This document shows positions 21,187 through 30,874 of a DNA stretch of 64,000 bases, in pieces (positions within the stretch are counted from its first letter, which is position 1; the number at the start of each line of letters is the position of its first letter). This DNA comes from Alphaproteobacteria bacterium (GTDB lineage: Bacteria; Pseudomonadota; Alphaproteobacteria; SP197): the NCBI GenBank assembly GCA_964291265.2, contig OZ219747.1, forward strand, positions 2,560,001-2,624,000. The letters are read 5' to 3'. The position numbers were made by a program, and so were the translations under genes. Under the pieces are notes generated by a model. It saw only the letters and a program-made list of their open reading frames with translations, was not told the origin of the DNA and made no database searches.

Positions 21187-22008
21187 ATGAGCTTTCGGTC
21201 TCGACAACGTCGACCGTTGCGCGGGCGGAGCCAGGCGCCGAATTGGGTATGGATCCTCGCTATGGCTGTGGCCATTGCCGTCGCAGTCGTTTTAGCCGTC
21301 CTTGTGCAGTCATTCAAGGAAGAGGAAGTTGACGAAAGGCTGTGCCCCAAGGCCTCCGGCCCGGTTTCAGGAATGGCGGTACTTCTGGACCTGACCGACA
21401 CGCTGCAACCGGTTCAATACCAGAGGCTCCGGGACCTTCTCGACGATAGGATCAGGGATGCAAGTCGGGGCGCCATTATCTCAGTTGGCGCAGTGCGTGC
21501 GGATGCCTCGGAGCGGAACGCCGATTTCGTGCTCTGTAAGCCGGCGACGGGCGAAAAGGCGAACGAGTTCTACCAGAATCCGCGCCTGATCGAAGAACGC
21601 TACCGGGAGGAGTTTCTGGTGCCATTCAAGACCATCGTTTCGGCGATGCTGAACAGCCCTGAAGCGGACCGTTCTCCGATCATGGAATCGTTGCAAGCGT
21701 TGCTTGTCTCGACGCCAGGCTTTGTCGATGCGACCTATCCCCGGCGCGTCATCGTCGTCTCCGACCTGATCCAGAACAGCGAGACGTTCAGCTTCTATCG
21801 CAGCGACACCTGGCAGCGGTTTGTCCGCTCACAGGATGCGGAGCGACTTGCGGGCCGCCTGCAAGGCGTCGTGGTCGAGATATGTCGTATTCCGCGGTCC
21901 GGCGCCAGGGTCGACAAGGCGGTAGTGGACGATTTCTGGGCCAACTATTTCGACAGAGCAGGCGCAAGCGATGTTCTCACGTCCACTTGCTCGCTCGGTG
22001 ATCTCTGA
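21187..22008 (+). CDS. Membrane-anchored vWA-like domain protein (operon gene 2)
   Basis: N-terminal TM; VLLDLTD (MIDAS-like), SPIMESL, VIVVSDLIQNS. Confidence 0.7.
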   Translation: MSFRSRQRRPLRGRSQAPNWVWILAMAVAIAVAVVLAVLVQSFKEEEVDERLCPKASGPVSGMAVLLDLTDTLQPVQYQRLRDLLDDRIRDASRGAIISVGAVRADASERNADFVLCKPATGEKANEFYQNPRLIEERYREEFLVPFKTIVSAMLNSPEADRSPIMESLQALLVSTPGFVDATYPRRVIVVSDLIQNSETFSFYRSDTWQRFVRSQDAERLAGRLQGVVVEICRIPRSGARVDKAVVDDFWANYFDRAGASDVLTSTCSLGDL

Positions 22009-22041
22009 AGTCGGCAGCATCTCCAAAGAGGGTCTTCTGTC

Positions 22042-23421
22042 ATGCGCATCGGCTGGGTATCCGTGAACAAGGTTGCCCTTCTGGTCGCCTTTGTTATCGG
22101 GATCTGTGGCGTTGCATTGTTGAAGTGGGAAGGCTATCCGATCCATTGGACTATCGGATGGCCGATCTGCACCATCATTCTTTACTGGCTGATCATGCTG
22201 GCCAGGAACGATAGTGGTGTTTACGAAATCATCGGAGACAATTGCTATTATCTCGGTTTTGTATTCACGCTTACGAGCTTGGCGGTCACACTTTATCTGC
22301 TTCACAGGATCGGCGATGTGGAGACACAGGACCAACTGCCGATCCGGGAGGTGATTTCAGGTTTCGGCGTCGCGTTGTCGTCCACGATCGTGGGCATCGT
22401 GCTGCGGGTGTTGATGCTTCGCATGACCCCCGATCTGGCGCAGCAGGAGGGCGAGACGCGCGTCGATCTCGACCTCGCGGTACGCGACTTCCGCACTCAT
22501 CTCAGCATGAGCATCGGCGAGTTGAAACGCTATTCGATCGAAACAAGCCAAGTGCTGGCGGAACAGCGAGACGCAATCCGGAAAACGCTGGTGCAGGACG
22601 TGGATACGCACCGCCAAGCCCTGGAGTCCGGCACAACGGCGATGACCCGTTTCTCGGAAGAGACCGAAAGCAGGCTGTCGGAGCATTGGGTGGCCCTGGA
22701 AGAAGGCGTGAGCCGAGACGCCAAGGCGTATCGTGAAGCTGCGCAGGAAAGCGTTTCGACCTTTCGCGAGGCCTTGGAGGGGATTGCGGATACCGTTTCG
22801 GAGCGGCACGGCTTGGTTCGGGAAGCGTTGCAACGCAGCGGTGACGAGTACCACCAGGCACTCGAAACCGGCACGGCCGACCTGCGCCGTGTCCTTGGTG
22901 AAGCGATGCAGGCGTTCGCGGATTACCGCGAGGAGGCGGACCGGCTGGCGAGCCTAAGCCGGCAGATTTTCGAACAGACGGGAAAGAGCGCTGAAGCTGC
23001 CCGTAGTGAACTGGAACGCATGAATGCGTTGACCGGAAGCATGGCCGCACTGTCGAGCGAAGGCCGTTCCCTCGATGCGGCGCTGTCCAGCGTTGTCGGC
23101 AAGCTAGCAGTGGTCGAGGACGGCATTGCAACGAAGCTCGAACCCGCCGTTACGCGCATAAGCGAGGGCGCGACCGCTATTTCCGCGGTGCTGGCGGAGT
23201 CTTCCGGAAAACTCAAATGGGCGGCGGAGCGCTTCGAGGTGGCGGCGGAACGCACGGCTGCGGCCGACATGCAAACGAATATCGCGGGCGCAGCCGAACG
23301 CATCGCCGACGCGGCGGGAAGGCTGGAAACGGCGAACACCGCGCTGTCCGGGGCCGTAGAGAAACTCTGCGCACTGGCGGAGAGAAGAGCGCGGGGCATC
23401 GGCAGTATCTTCAACCGCTAG
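22042..23421 (+). CDS. MotA/TolQ/ZorA-like membrane protein with long helical tail (gene 3)
   Basis: YYLGFVFTLTSL..GFGVALSSTIVGI TM pair, followed by about 320 aa of Ala/Glu-rich coiled coil. Confidence 0.75.
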   Translation: MRIGWVSVNKVALLVAFVIGICGVALLKWEGYPIHWTIGWPICTIILYWLIMLARNDSGVYEIIGDNCYYLGFVFTLTSLAVTLYLLHRIGDVETQDQLPIREVISGFGVALSSTIVGIVLRVLMLRMTPDLAQQEGETRVDLDLAVRDFRTHLSMSIGELKRYSIETSQVLAEQRDAIRKTLVQDVDTHRQALESGTTAMTRFSEETESRLSEHWVALEEGVSRDAKAYREAAQESVSTFREALEGIADTVSERHGLVREALQRSGDEYHQALETGTADLRRVLGEAMQAFADYREEADRLASLSRQIFEQTGKSAEAARSELERMNALTGSMAALSSEGRSLDAALSSVVGKLAVVEDGIATKLEPAVTRISEGATAISAVLAESSGKLKWAAERFEVAAERTAAADMQTNIAGAAERIADAAGRLETANTALSGAVEKLCALAERRARGIGSIFNR

Positions 23422-23441
23422 TCGAAGCAAGGAGTAGAGCG

Positions 23442-25193
23442 GTGCGCAGGTATTTCCGCGAGGGGACTTCCGGCAGCCAGTACCGCCGAGGCGCGATCAT
23501 GGGACTGACGGTCGCCGAGGCGTTCATGCTCGTCGCTTTCGTGTTGCTGATGCTGCTCCTGTTCTGGCGCCATCAGGTACAGGATGACATCGAACTGGTA
23601 TCTGAGCTTTCGTCAGAGGACAGGCGTGCGCTGTCGGAAGGCGCGGTTCCGGTGCCAGAAGAACGCCTGACGGTGTTGCAGGTACAGGCCCGGCTGGTCG
23701 AGGACCCGGCGAGGCGTGAACTAGCAGAAGCGGCTGCGGCTCTGGAGCCGTACGAGTTGAGAAAGCTGACGGACCTGGCGCGCGACCCGGATGCGCTTTC
23801 AACGGATGCGGTCCCGGTGCCGGAAGAACGGCTGGCGGCATTGGAGGAACGGGCAGGGTTGGTGGAAGACCCGAAACGGCGTGCATTGGCGGAAACGGCT
23901 GCGACCCTGGAGCCGGACGCGTTGCAAAGGCTGACGGACCTGGCGCGCGACCCGGATGCGCTTTCAACGGATGCGGTCCCGGTGTCGCCGGAGCGTCTGG
24001 CGGCGTTGGAGGATCATGAGCAATGGGTCGAGGAGAACGGGGACGAGATCGCTGAAGCGCTGAATTTGCGTCGGGCACTCGATCCAGAGGGAGAAGACAG
24101 CAATGAGGTGTTGCTGGACCGGATTCGGGACTTGCTGACCAAGGAAAGCGACGGCGACAGTCGGCTTGCGGCAGTCAAGGACCGGCTTGCCGAAGACGCG
24201 GCGGCGCGCGGAGAATTCATCGACAATCTGAAACGCGAACTTGCGGCGGACGTGGGGAAGGCGGGCGGCCAGATCGATCCGTCCGGCCGGGTCGTGTTTC
24301 CCGAGACAGTGGTTTTCGAGACCGGCAGTGCCGTTATTCCACTGAGTTTCAAGGCTGTGCTGGATGACATCTGCCCCCGATGGCTGGCGGAGCTCAGGGA
24401 CTCGGCGGATCGGTTCGATATTGCCGAGATCCGCATCGAGGGCCATTCTTCGCCGGAATGGGCCAGTGCGCAAACGAAACGGGACGCATGGGTGGCGAAT
24501 CTCGGCCTGTCGCAGCGCCGGGCGCAATCGGTGCTGGCGCACTGCCTGGATCATGCGGCAGGAACGCCGCTCGGTGAGTGGGCGCGCGGCAAGCTCACGG
24601 CGGTCGGTTACTCGTCGTCCAGACCCGTAACGGTGGACGGAAAGGAAGATCCTGGCGCATCGCGGCGCGTCGTGCTCGGCCATGAATTCAACCGGGACAG
24701 GCTGATCGCTGATCTCGGAGACGTCGGGCGGATGGAAACCGGTAGCGGCGCGACCCGGCCCCTCGGCGGCAAGGCCCTCGTCATCGACGCTGACACGATA
24801 AAGATCGGGGAGGCCGCGACCCGGATCCGGCTTGACGGCATTGACGCGCCTGAACTCCAACAGACCTGTATCGCGGCGGACGGGTCCGAATGGCCCTGCG
24901 GCCGAGAGGCGGGCCGGGCACTGGAAGCGCACATTGCTGGCCGCAATGTGGTCTGCGAGCGCCTGCGTCCCGGTCTGATGCGGCTCTGGGGCGTGTGTCG
25001 GATCGACGGCGAGGAAGTCGAGTTGAATCGTTGGGTGGTGGAGGCGGGGTGGGCCTTCGCGTTCGTCGAGTTCTCAAGGGACTATGCCGGCGATGAAGCC
25101 ACCGCCCGCATGGCGCATCGGGGAATCTGGTCCGGTCAGGTGCCCGTACCACCTTGGGAGTGGCGGCGGAATCGGAAACGCGCCGCGCCGTGA
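23442..25193 (+). CDS. MotB/ZorB-like TM + OmpA-like domain protein fused to a C-terminal thermonuclease (SNase) domain (gene 4)
   Basis: RBS AGGAG and GTG start; TM GLTVAEAFMLVAFVLLMLLLF; FETGSA..IRIEGHSS..NLGLSQRRAQSV..AVGYSSSRP..SRRV; VIDADT..RLDGIDAPE..GWA..Y..E..A..RGIW. Confidence 0.85.
   Translation: MRRYFREGTSGSQYRRGAIMGLTVAEAFMLVAFVLLMLLLFWRHQVQDDIELVSELSSEDRRALSEGAVPVPEERLTVLQVQARLVEDPARRELAEAAAALEPYELRKLTDLARDPDALSTDAVPVPEERLAALEERAGLVEDPKRRALAETAATLEPDALQRLTDLARDPDALSTDAVPVSPERLAALEDHEQWVEENGDEIAEALNLRRALDPEGEDSNEVLLDRIRDLLTKESDGDSRLAAVKDRLAEDAAARGEFIDNLKRELAADVGKAGGQIDPSGRVVFPETVVFETGSAVIPLSFKAVLDDICPRWLAELRDSADRFDIAEIRIEGHSSPEWASAQTKRDAWVANLGLSQRRAQSVLAHCLDHAAGTPLGEWARGKLTAVGYSSSRPVTVDGKEDPGASRRVVLGHEFNRDRLIADLGDVGRMETGSGATRPLGGKALVIDADTIKIGEAATRIRLDGIDAPELQQTCIAADGSEWPCGREAGRALEAHIAGRNVVCERLRPGLMRLWGVCRIDGEEVELNRWVVEAGWAFAFVEFSRDYAGDEATARMAHRGIWSGQVPVPPWEWRRNRKRAAP
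23643..24010 (+). repeat. 165-bp (55-aa) internal tandem repeat, about 2.2 copies, in the stalk of the ZorB-like protein
   Basis: AVPVPEERL..LTDLARDPDALSTD repeated. Confidence 0.9.
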
Positions 25194-25629
25194 TAGTCCG
25201 TGCCTTCTCCATCGTCGCGCGCGAGGATGAGGAGGCGTGTGGGGCCGGCACCGCTCTGCGGAGCCTCTGCCTTGCGCTGCCATGTCATGATGAATTCAGA
25301 CATCCTGACCTCTTCCATCGCCATCTGCGGGATGAGTGGTGATGAGCAACACTTGGCGGCCGCTGTCCAGGAAACGGCGGATCCGGCGGCAGCACCGGAA
25401 ACGCCGCCTTGGGCGAGGTGTGACGGGCCGTCCGGGGTCGTGGGAACGCTGCAAAGGCGCAAGCATGGACCACCAGGGAACCTGGGAGACCCGGTTTGTC
25501 GACGTGGGTGATGACTAGAGAAGGGAAGGCCAGTACTGAACAATCCAGACCCTGGCCCGGTCCCGGGCCTGCACGGTGCCGGGTGTGTTTGGTGAGCGCG
25601 TACAAAAGCGCAGGATGCACGTGGTACCG

Positions 25630-26098
25630 AACGTTGCGGTGATCACGCGACGCCGTGTCGAGCGCCTGACACGTACCAGCAGACCTGCCCCGTGCTCAGT
25701 GCTCCGGGCCAGCAGGTCCCGGATGTCGCCTTCACGGTCACAGATCACCAGCACCCTTGTCGAGGGACAGGCAGCGGCCAGTTTCACGGCCTTGTCGTAC
25801 CCGTCGAGCCAGCGTCAGCTCTCCTTGTGTAAGCGTTCGGCCAAGGGGTGACGAAATGAGGGTGACGGTGGCAACTGCGCATGGCTCAGGGACTCGCCTG
25901 AATTCGCTCAGTGCTGTCATCGACCCAATCACCGCTGGACCGAACGCTTACCTCCTTGTCGTCCGCCTTCGTCCTTCTTCTGATCCAACACCCGAGACGG
26001 AAGTCGGCGTCGAGATGGAACAGTCCGAGGGATGAGCCGCTTTCGGTGAAGGTAATCCCGGCATGGGCCGCCATGCCAAGGGCGCCCGAGCCGCCGCC
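25630..26098 (-). pseudogene. Degraded IS4-family transposase fragment
   Basis: GGGSGALGMAAHAG..LDADFR and LAAACPSTRVLVICDREGD parallel the 154..1254 protein. Confidence 0.75.
25829..25951. mobile_element. 123-bp IS66-type MITE
   Basis: GTAAGCGTTCGG...CCGAACGCTTAC ends; 8-bp TSD CTCCTTGT. Confidence 0.9.
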
Positions 26099-26222
26099 GC
26101 AAGCATTGGTTCAAAGGGTTATGATGATGAAAATCACAGTGACAACTACGTATGCCCCGGGACTCGCCTGCATTCGGCTCCGCGCTGTCATCGCCCCAAT
26201 CACCGCTGGACCGAACGCTTAC
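26099..26222. mobile_element. Second, degenerate copy of the IS66-type MITE
   Basis: Colinear with 25829-25951 (gggactcgcctg..ccaatcaccgctggaccgaacgcttac); no TSD. Confidence 0.75.
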
Positions 26223-26228
26223 CCCCCA

Positions 26229-27686
26229 CTAGCTGGCCACTTTTAATCCGCCTTTCCTACCAAGGCGGTACCCGACCCTGAAGACATCCGGGATGTTGAC
26301 ACGGCCGTCGCGCATGCGAAGGAAAATTCCCAAAGATTCAAGGTCCAGACGAACACCCGGGGCCCGTTCACGAATATGTTTAGGCGGTAGTTTCAACGCA
26401 TTCTGTTCCACGTCTTCGGCAAGGTGGTCGAGAACGCGATTGTCGCTCCACCGCGCCTCAATCTCTTCGAATCTGCAAGGCACTGTCAAGCCGACAAGGC
26501 TCTTCAGAACCTCATCCACCCAAGGATAATCTTCTTTGACCTCCGCCACCTGAATCTCAGATGCCACCTGCACCCCGCGCTTAATGCTCTCATAGTGGAG
26601 AGTGTACTTATGCTCCGGATAACGCTCCGCCGTGTCCTCCGCAGCTGTGCGCAGTGCTCGAAGAAATGAACGCGGACTTACCCTTCCTGCAGTATCTCCA
26701 AGATGGCTAGAAATCCAAGTATAGGGAAAACCTCTTCTCCTATTTCGGCCCATGAAAGGACCGGATATGTCATGGAATTTCTCTCTTTGAACGTCGACAT
26801 TCGAAATCAGGCGTCGGGACACTTGGAACAGTTTTTTATCCCCAACGTCGATGGAGCCCAAGTTCCCACATCCGACAAACTTGCGAAACTCCTCTGCGTG
26901 GTTCCCATTGACGAGGCTATGCCAGAAAAGACCATACAGCTCAGAAGTCGGCCAACTCAATTCAACAGAGGAGGAAAGGATCTTTGACGCGTCCGGAAAA
27001 TTGGCGATCTGGGTTTCGTCGACCTGATCGGGTCGCAAGAACATCTTGACACGGAGCCGACGGTAGAATCGCATATCAAGCGCCGTCTGCATCAAACCAC
27101 GAATTAGCCGATACATATCCTCCCAATCGTCCGAGCAGCGGTCCAGGGCATCGAACAGAAACAAAAAATGGGTGTTTTTATCGTTAAATTCGTTATCGCG
27201 TTCAAGGAAGAGGTTTGCAATCTCTTCCGGTTCCTGATCGACATAGTTCAGGCGTGCTTCCCAGGACTCCTGGTCCCGGATTGGGTGGTCGGTGCTAGCG
27301 AGCTGCCAAGCCTGTACCGTACGCCAGATGGTCCTTGGCTCCGCCCTAGCATGCAAGAGCCGCCTGATTACATCCTTGCCCGGATAACCATCCGGTGCTG
27401 GTCTGACACCGAATCCTGTCCGCACCTCGGTATCTTCGCTCAGCATTGATCCACGGCTGGTTTGATAGACAAGATGACGAATTTTCCGTTCCTGAAGTGC
27501 GGTCCACCAGAATGTTTTGCCGGCACCGCGCATACCGGTGACAAGCATGTTGTCCGGGTTCATCGCCTTCACATGAGATGGGGGAAGGTACACATGGGCG
27601 ATGTCGGGGTATTCGGCATGACTTGTCTCTTCCGGCAACTGGGCTAGCGCAGTTCGCGCTCCTTCAACATTGATCAGTCCGCTCAC
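26229..27686 (-). CDS. P-loop ATPase of unknown function
   Basis: Walker A GMRGAGKT, Walker B FLFLFDALD, SPRSFL; visibly lower GC than the flanks. Confidence 0.8.
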   Translation of the reverse strand: MSGLINVEGARTALAQLPEETSHAEYPDIAHVYLPPSHVKAMNPDNMLVTGMRGAGKTFWWTALQERKIRHLVYQTSRGSMLSEDTEVRTGFGVRPAPDGYPGKDVIRRLLHARAEPRTIWRTVQAWQLASTDHPIRDQESWEARLNYVDQEPEEIANLFLERDNEFNDKNTHFLFLFDALDRCSDDWEDMYRLIRGLMQTALDMRFYRRLRVKMFLRPDQVDETQIANFPDASKILSSSVELSWPTSELYGLFWHSLVNGNHAEEFRKFVGCGNLGSIDVGDKKLFQVSRRLISNVDVQREKFHDISGPFMGRNRRRGFPYTWISSHLGDTAGRVSPRSFLRALRTAAEDTAERYPEHKYTLHYESIKRGVQVASEIQVAEVKEDYPWVDEVLKSLVGLTVPCRFEEIEARWSDNRVLDHLAEDVEQNALKLPPKHIRERAPGVRLDLESLGIFLRMRDGRVNIPDVFRVGYRLGRKGGLKVAS

Positions 27687-28984
27687 ACCTGACTCCCTTC
27701 ACCGCCAGCATTAACACGTTGGTCAAACGACTTCAGGAATCTTCCATACGCAGAGTTAACGGTTTCCTCGTCAAGGTCTTGAAGCAATGAGCCCGCTGCG
27801 AAGCCAAGAGTCCAAGCTATTTCCAAAGGATCGTGGGGCGCGTTTTCTTCGTACAAATCAAACGAAAACTCACTGATTGAGTCGTTTGTTGGATTCACTT
27901 CGTCATAGAGATGGTCCCGAAATAGATCCCATGACCGCGTTCGGAACCCCTCAACATACTCTTCCCTATTGGGTGCAGGTGTCAGTGCTGATACGACCCA
28001 CACTCGCTCCCTGATGCGTTCCGCCAGGTTTCTCTCGCGCCAGTGGCGGAACAAAATCCCATAGTCCGTCCAAGTGCTTTCCGAATCGGTAGCGAATAAC
28101 AACGCTTGCGCTCGCAAGTCGGTAACAGATGCCGCCGCGATGTCGTGCAGGCCATTGCGGCTCTCCAGCAACACCACCGTTGGCTTGAAGACAGTTTCCA
28201 AATTGACCAGGACGCGTTCGAGGCGGTCCGTCCACGGTTCGTGCACCTTGTCCATGTACACACGCCCTAGCTTAGCCAAATACTCCCCAGGATCGTGGCC
28301 GTGCGCGGGCACAACGCGGACATCGCCATCGAAGTTCTGAGCCCAGGACGGAGTAGCAAGCATATCTTCAATTATCCGATTTCCTTGCCCAACAAGATCC
28401 TCGACGAACCAGTCGGTCAAGCCGAACTTCGGCCACCGTTCTTTCTCCAGCATCGCTGAGGAAAGACCGGGTGATTCAAGATCCATGTCAACTGCCAGCA
28501 CTCGTTCCCCCTTGCGTGCAAGGTGCCACGCAAGCACTGCGGCTGTCGTGCTGCGTCCCATACCACCCTTGACGGAATAGAGGGTGACACGTACGGACCC
28601 GGAGTCTTCCGCGGGGTCTCCAACGGTCCACCAGCCACGCCCCGTCACCAGACGGTCGACTAGGAACACGCCCGAACTGATCTCCTGAGCCGTATCGTCT
28701 AGACTCCTCAGCAACGCATCACCGATGAACAGTACGCCCTCTTTCTCAGGGTAGCCACGAACACCTAAAGCCTTGTTTAGAGAGATGGCAAGCCGCTCCA
28801 GCGCGTTACGCACAACCAGATTTTCCTCGAGTGTATCCGATGCCGATATGCGCACCTTACCGAGCAAGTCACGCACCAGATAGAGGTGATCGATCCCGTC
28901 AGGGACGCCCCCCTCTCCCAAATCTGCGATCGCGTTTTTGACGCGGCTCCGCATGTCGTCGAAAGGGATGAAGTCGTCTCTCAC
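27683..28984 (-). CDS. ParA/MinD-like KGGVGR-variant ATPase
   Basis: YSVKGGMGRSTT, VDMDLESPGL, LLESRNGL. Confidence 0.82.
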   Translation of the reverse strand: MRDDFIPFDDMRSRVKNAIADLGEGGVPDGIDHLYLVRDLLGKVRISASDTLEENLVVRNALERLAISLNKALGVRGYPEKEGVLFIGDALLRSLDDTAQEISSGVFLVDRLVTGRGWWTVGDPAEDSGSVRVTLYSVKGGMGRSTTAAVLAWHLARKGERVLAVDMDLESPGLSSAMLEKERWPKFGLTDWFVEDLVGQGNRIIEDMLATPSWAQNFDGDVRVVPAHGHDPGEYLAKLGRVYMDKVHEPWTDRLERVLVNLETVFKPTVVLLESRNGLHDIAAASVTDLRAQALLFATDSESTWTDYGILFRHWRERNLAERIRERVWVVSALTPAPNREEYVEGFRTRSWDLFRDHLYDEVNPTNDSISEFSFDLYEENAPHDPLEIAWTLGFAAGSLLQDLDEETVNSAYGRFLKSFDQRVNAGGEGSQV

Positions 28985-29034
28985 GGCTTGCCCCCCTGGA
29001 TCGCGGACTTAAGCATAGCACGAGCTGCCCAGGC
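28981..29034 (-). pseudogene. 3' stub of an upstream coupled gene cut by IS66-A
   Basis: ..AWAARAMLKSAIQGGKP*, stop overlapping the ATPase GTG start (GTGA). Confidence 0.45.
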
Positions 29035-29395
29035 GTAAGCGTTCGGCCACGCGGTGATTGTTGGTGATATTCACCGGTTGAGGATGCGTTTGGGAGGCGC
29101 ACCACGTGGCGGTTCGCTGTTGGGTCCGAAGACGATGGGTCCGGGTCGGGTTGCTCGTCGTTGGGGTGGCGGCAGGGTGATGAGGCCGTCGCGGTGCATG
29201 GCCAGAAAGGCGACATTCGCCATCATGTTCTTGAGGCCGCCGTCGGGCTTGTATCAGCCGGTCTCGCGGCAGAAGGCGCGGGCGATGGCCGCACGGGTGG
29301 GGTGCTGGGTGGTCAGGGAGCGCAACAGCGCTATCTCGTGCGCGGTGAAGTCACGGCCGTCGTAACGGCACTCGATCACCCCGGTTCGTAACTAC

Positions 29396-30874
29396 TCACC
29401 CCTTGTTAGGGTCTGGTTGTCCGTAGTGTTGGTTGAGGATGTCTACGGCCTTTCCGTCGAGGGCGATGTGGATGGCGACGTGAGGGTTGTAGCCGAGTGC
29501 GTCCATGGTGGTGAGGTAGCTTGAGCCGCGGCACCATGCTTTGGCGTGGGGCATGGTGCGGAAACATCCGGACACCTTGATCTTGACCTTTGTCATCCTG
29601 ATCTTCTGCTCTCCGGTATTGTTGGTGAAACTGACGTTGGGGTCCTTCATGAAGCGCAGGACGGACTTCTCGTGTTTCACGAGACGTTCATGCAGGTTGT
29701 GCGCGTCGGACTTTGCGATGCGTCCACGTTTTCCTTTCGTCCGTGGCGGGATGTCGGGCAGTTCCTTGGCGCCCTGGGTGAGGATGGTGCGGTAGCGCTT
29801 GCGCACGGCCCGGCGGTCGGCCTCGTTCAAGGTCTTGGATGCGCTCTTGTTGACCCTGCGGGAGACCTCGCGCAGCAGGCTTTTCATCAGTCGCGCCCAG
29901 CGGTAGCCGTTGGACTCGACGACGAAGGTCAGTTCGCGCAGGAGATGGCTGCCGCACAGTTGGTGGCGGCATTGATCGTAGCCCATGTAGGCAGCCCAGC
30001 AGTCGTGGATCAGGACGCCCTTGTAGCGCGGGATGATGCCGATCTCTTCGATCGCCTCCCGGCCGCGCTTGGGGTGCGGGAACTTGCACGTCAGGGTGCC
30101 GTCGGTGACGACATGGAGCCATTGGGTCTTGCCGGCGACCCGGAAGCCGGTCTCGTCGACATGCAGGGCCGGTTGTTGCAGGAGATGGGCCACGGCGGCC
30201 TCCTCCCATGATGCGAGGGCATCGTGAAAGCGCCGGACATAGCCGAGGCAGGTCGCCTCGGAGAGCTTGATGCCGGAGATCGCGTGCACGAGCGAGACGG
30301 CACGACGCAGGGACAGCATCTGGGCGATCAGCAGGTTGATGACGAGGGCCTGGATGCTGACGCCGTACTGCAGGGGGCCCGGCATGTTGTCTGGGAACCG
30401 GCCCTTGGTCCGGGCCCGGCACTTCGGGCATTCCTTGATCTCGGCTTCGACGCGGCGCTCGACGACTTCGAACACGATGTCGTAGAGGACGCGGCACTCC
30501 CGGTCGACGGGGTCGACATCGTGGAGGTCGGCGCCGCAGGCGTCGCAGGCATCGACGACGATCGTCTCCTCGATGGTGGTCGTGCGCAGGTTGTCGCCCG
30601 TCTGCTGGTTCGGTTTCGGGCCCTTGCCGTTGCTCCCGGTGCGCCTCGCGCTCTCGTCCTTGTCAGTCTGCGATGGCGGCAGACCGGAGTTCCGGCTTGT
30701 CTTACGTGTGATCTTCTCCATGAGCACGGTCAGCAACAGCTTTATCAGCATCAGCATGCCGCGGAAGAGCTCCTCGCACTCCTGGCTGACCTTGCCCTGC
30801 TTGCGGAGATCCTGGAACTGCTTCTGGAAGATGTCGGCCTCCTGGCGCACAGACGTGCCGTTCACGCTCGCCAT
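29396..30874 (-). CDS. tnpC: IS66-family transposase (element B)
   Basis: KTSRNSGLPPS, CDACG, HVDETG, IHDCW, CGSHLLREL, FTNNTGEQ. Confidence 0.92.
   Translation of the reverse strand: MASVNGTSVRQEADIFQKQFQDLRKQGKVSQECEELFRGMLMLIKLLLTVLMEKITRKTSRNSGLPPSQTDKDESARRTGSNGKGPKPNQQTGDNLRTTTIEETIVVDACDACGADLHDVDPVDRECRVLYDIVFEVVERRVEAEIKECPKCRARTKGRFPDNMPGPLQYGVSIQALVINLLIAQMLSLRRAVSLVHAISGIKLSEATCLGYVRRFHDALASWEEAAVAHLLQQPALHVDETGFRVAGKTQWLHVVTDGTLTCKFPHPKRGREAIEEIGIIPRYKGVLIHDCWAAYMGYDQCRHQLCGSHLLRELTFVVESNGYRWARLMKSLLREVSRRVNKSASKTLNEADRRAVRKRYRTILTQGAKELPDIPPRTKGKRGRIAKSDAHNLHERLVKHEKSVLRFMKDPNVSFTNNTGEQKIRMTKVKIKVSGCFRTMPHAKAWCRGSSYLTTMDALGYNPHVAIHIALDGKAVDILNQHYGQPDPNKG

Larger units (their letters stand above)
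16875..21190 (+). pseudogene. Membrane/coiled-coil protein (about 470 aa), gene 1 of the Zorya-like operon, split by IS66-A
   Basis: Removing 17263-20153 rejoins ..DTDFRR with EVDARHS.. in frame; about 4 TM segments, DPYPGY motif. Confidence 0.8.

Noticed and set aside
25360-25520. Possible group II intron domain fragment (gggaacctgggagaccc)
   Set aside because: Too short; no domain V or boundaries recognisable.
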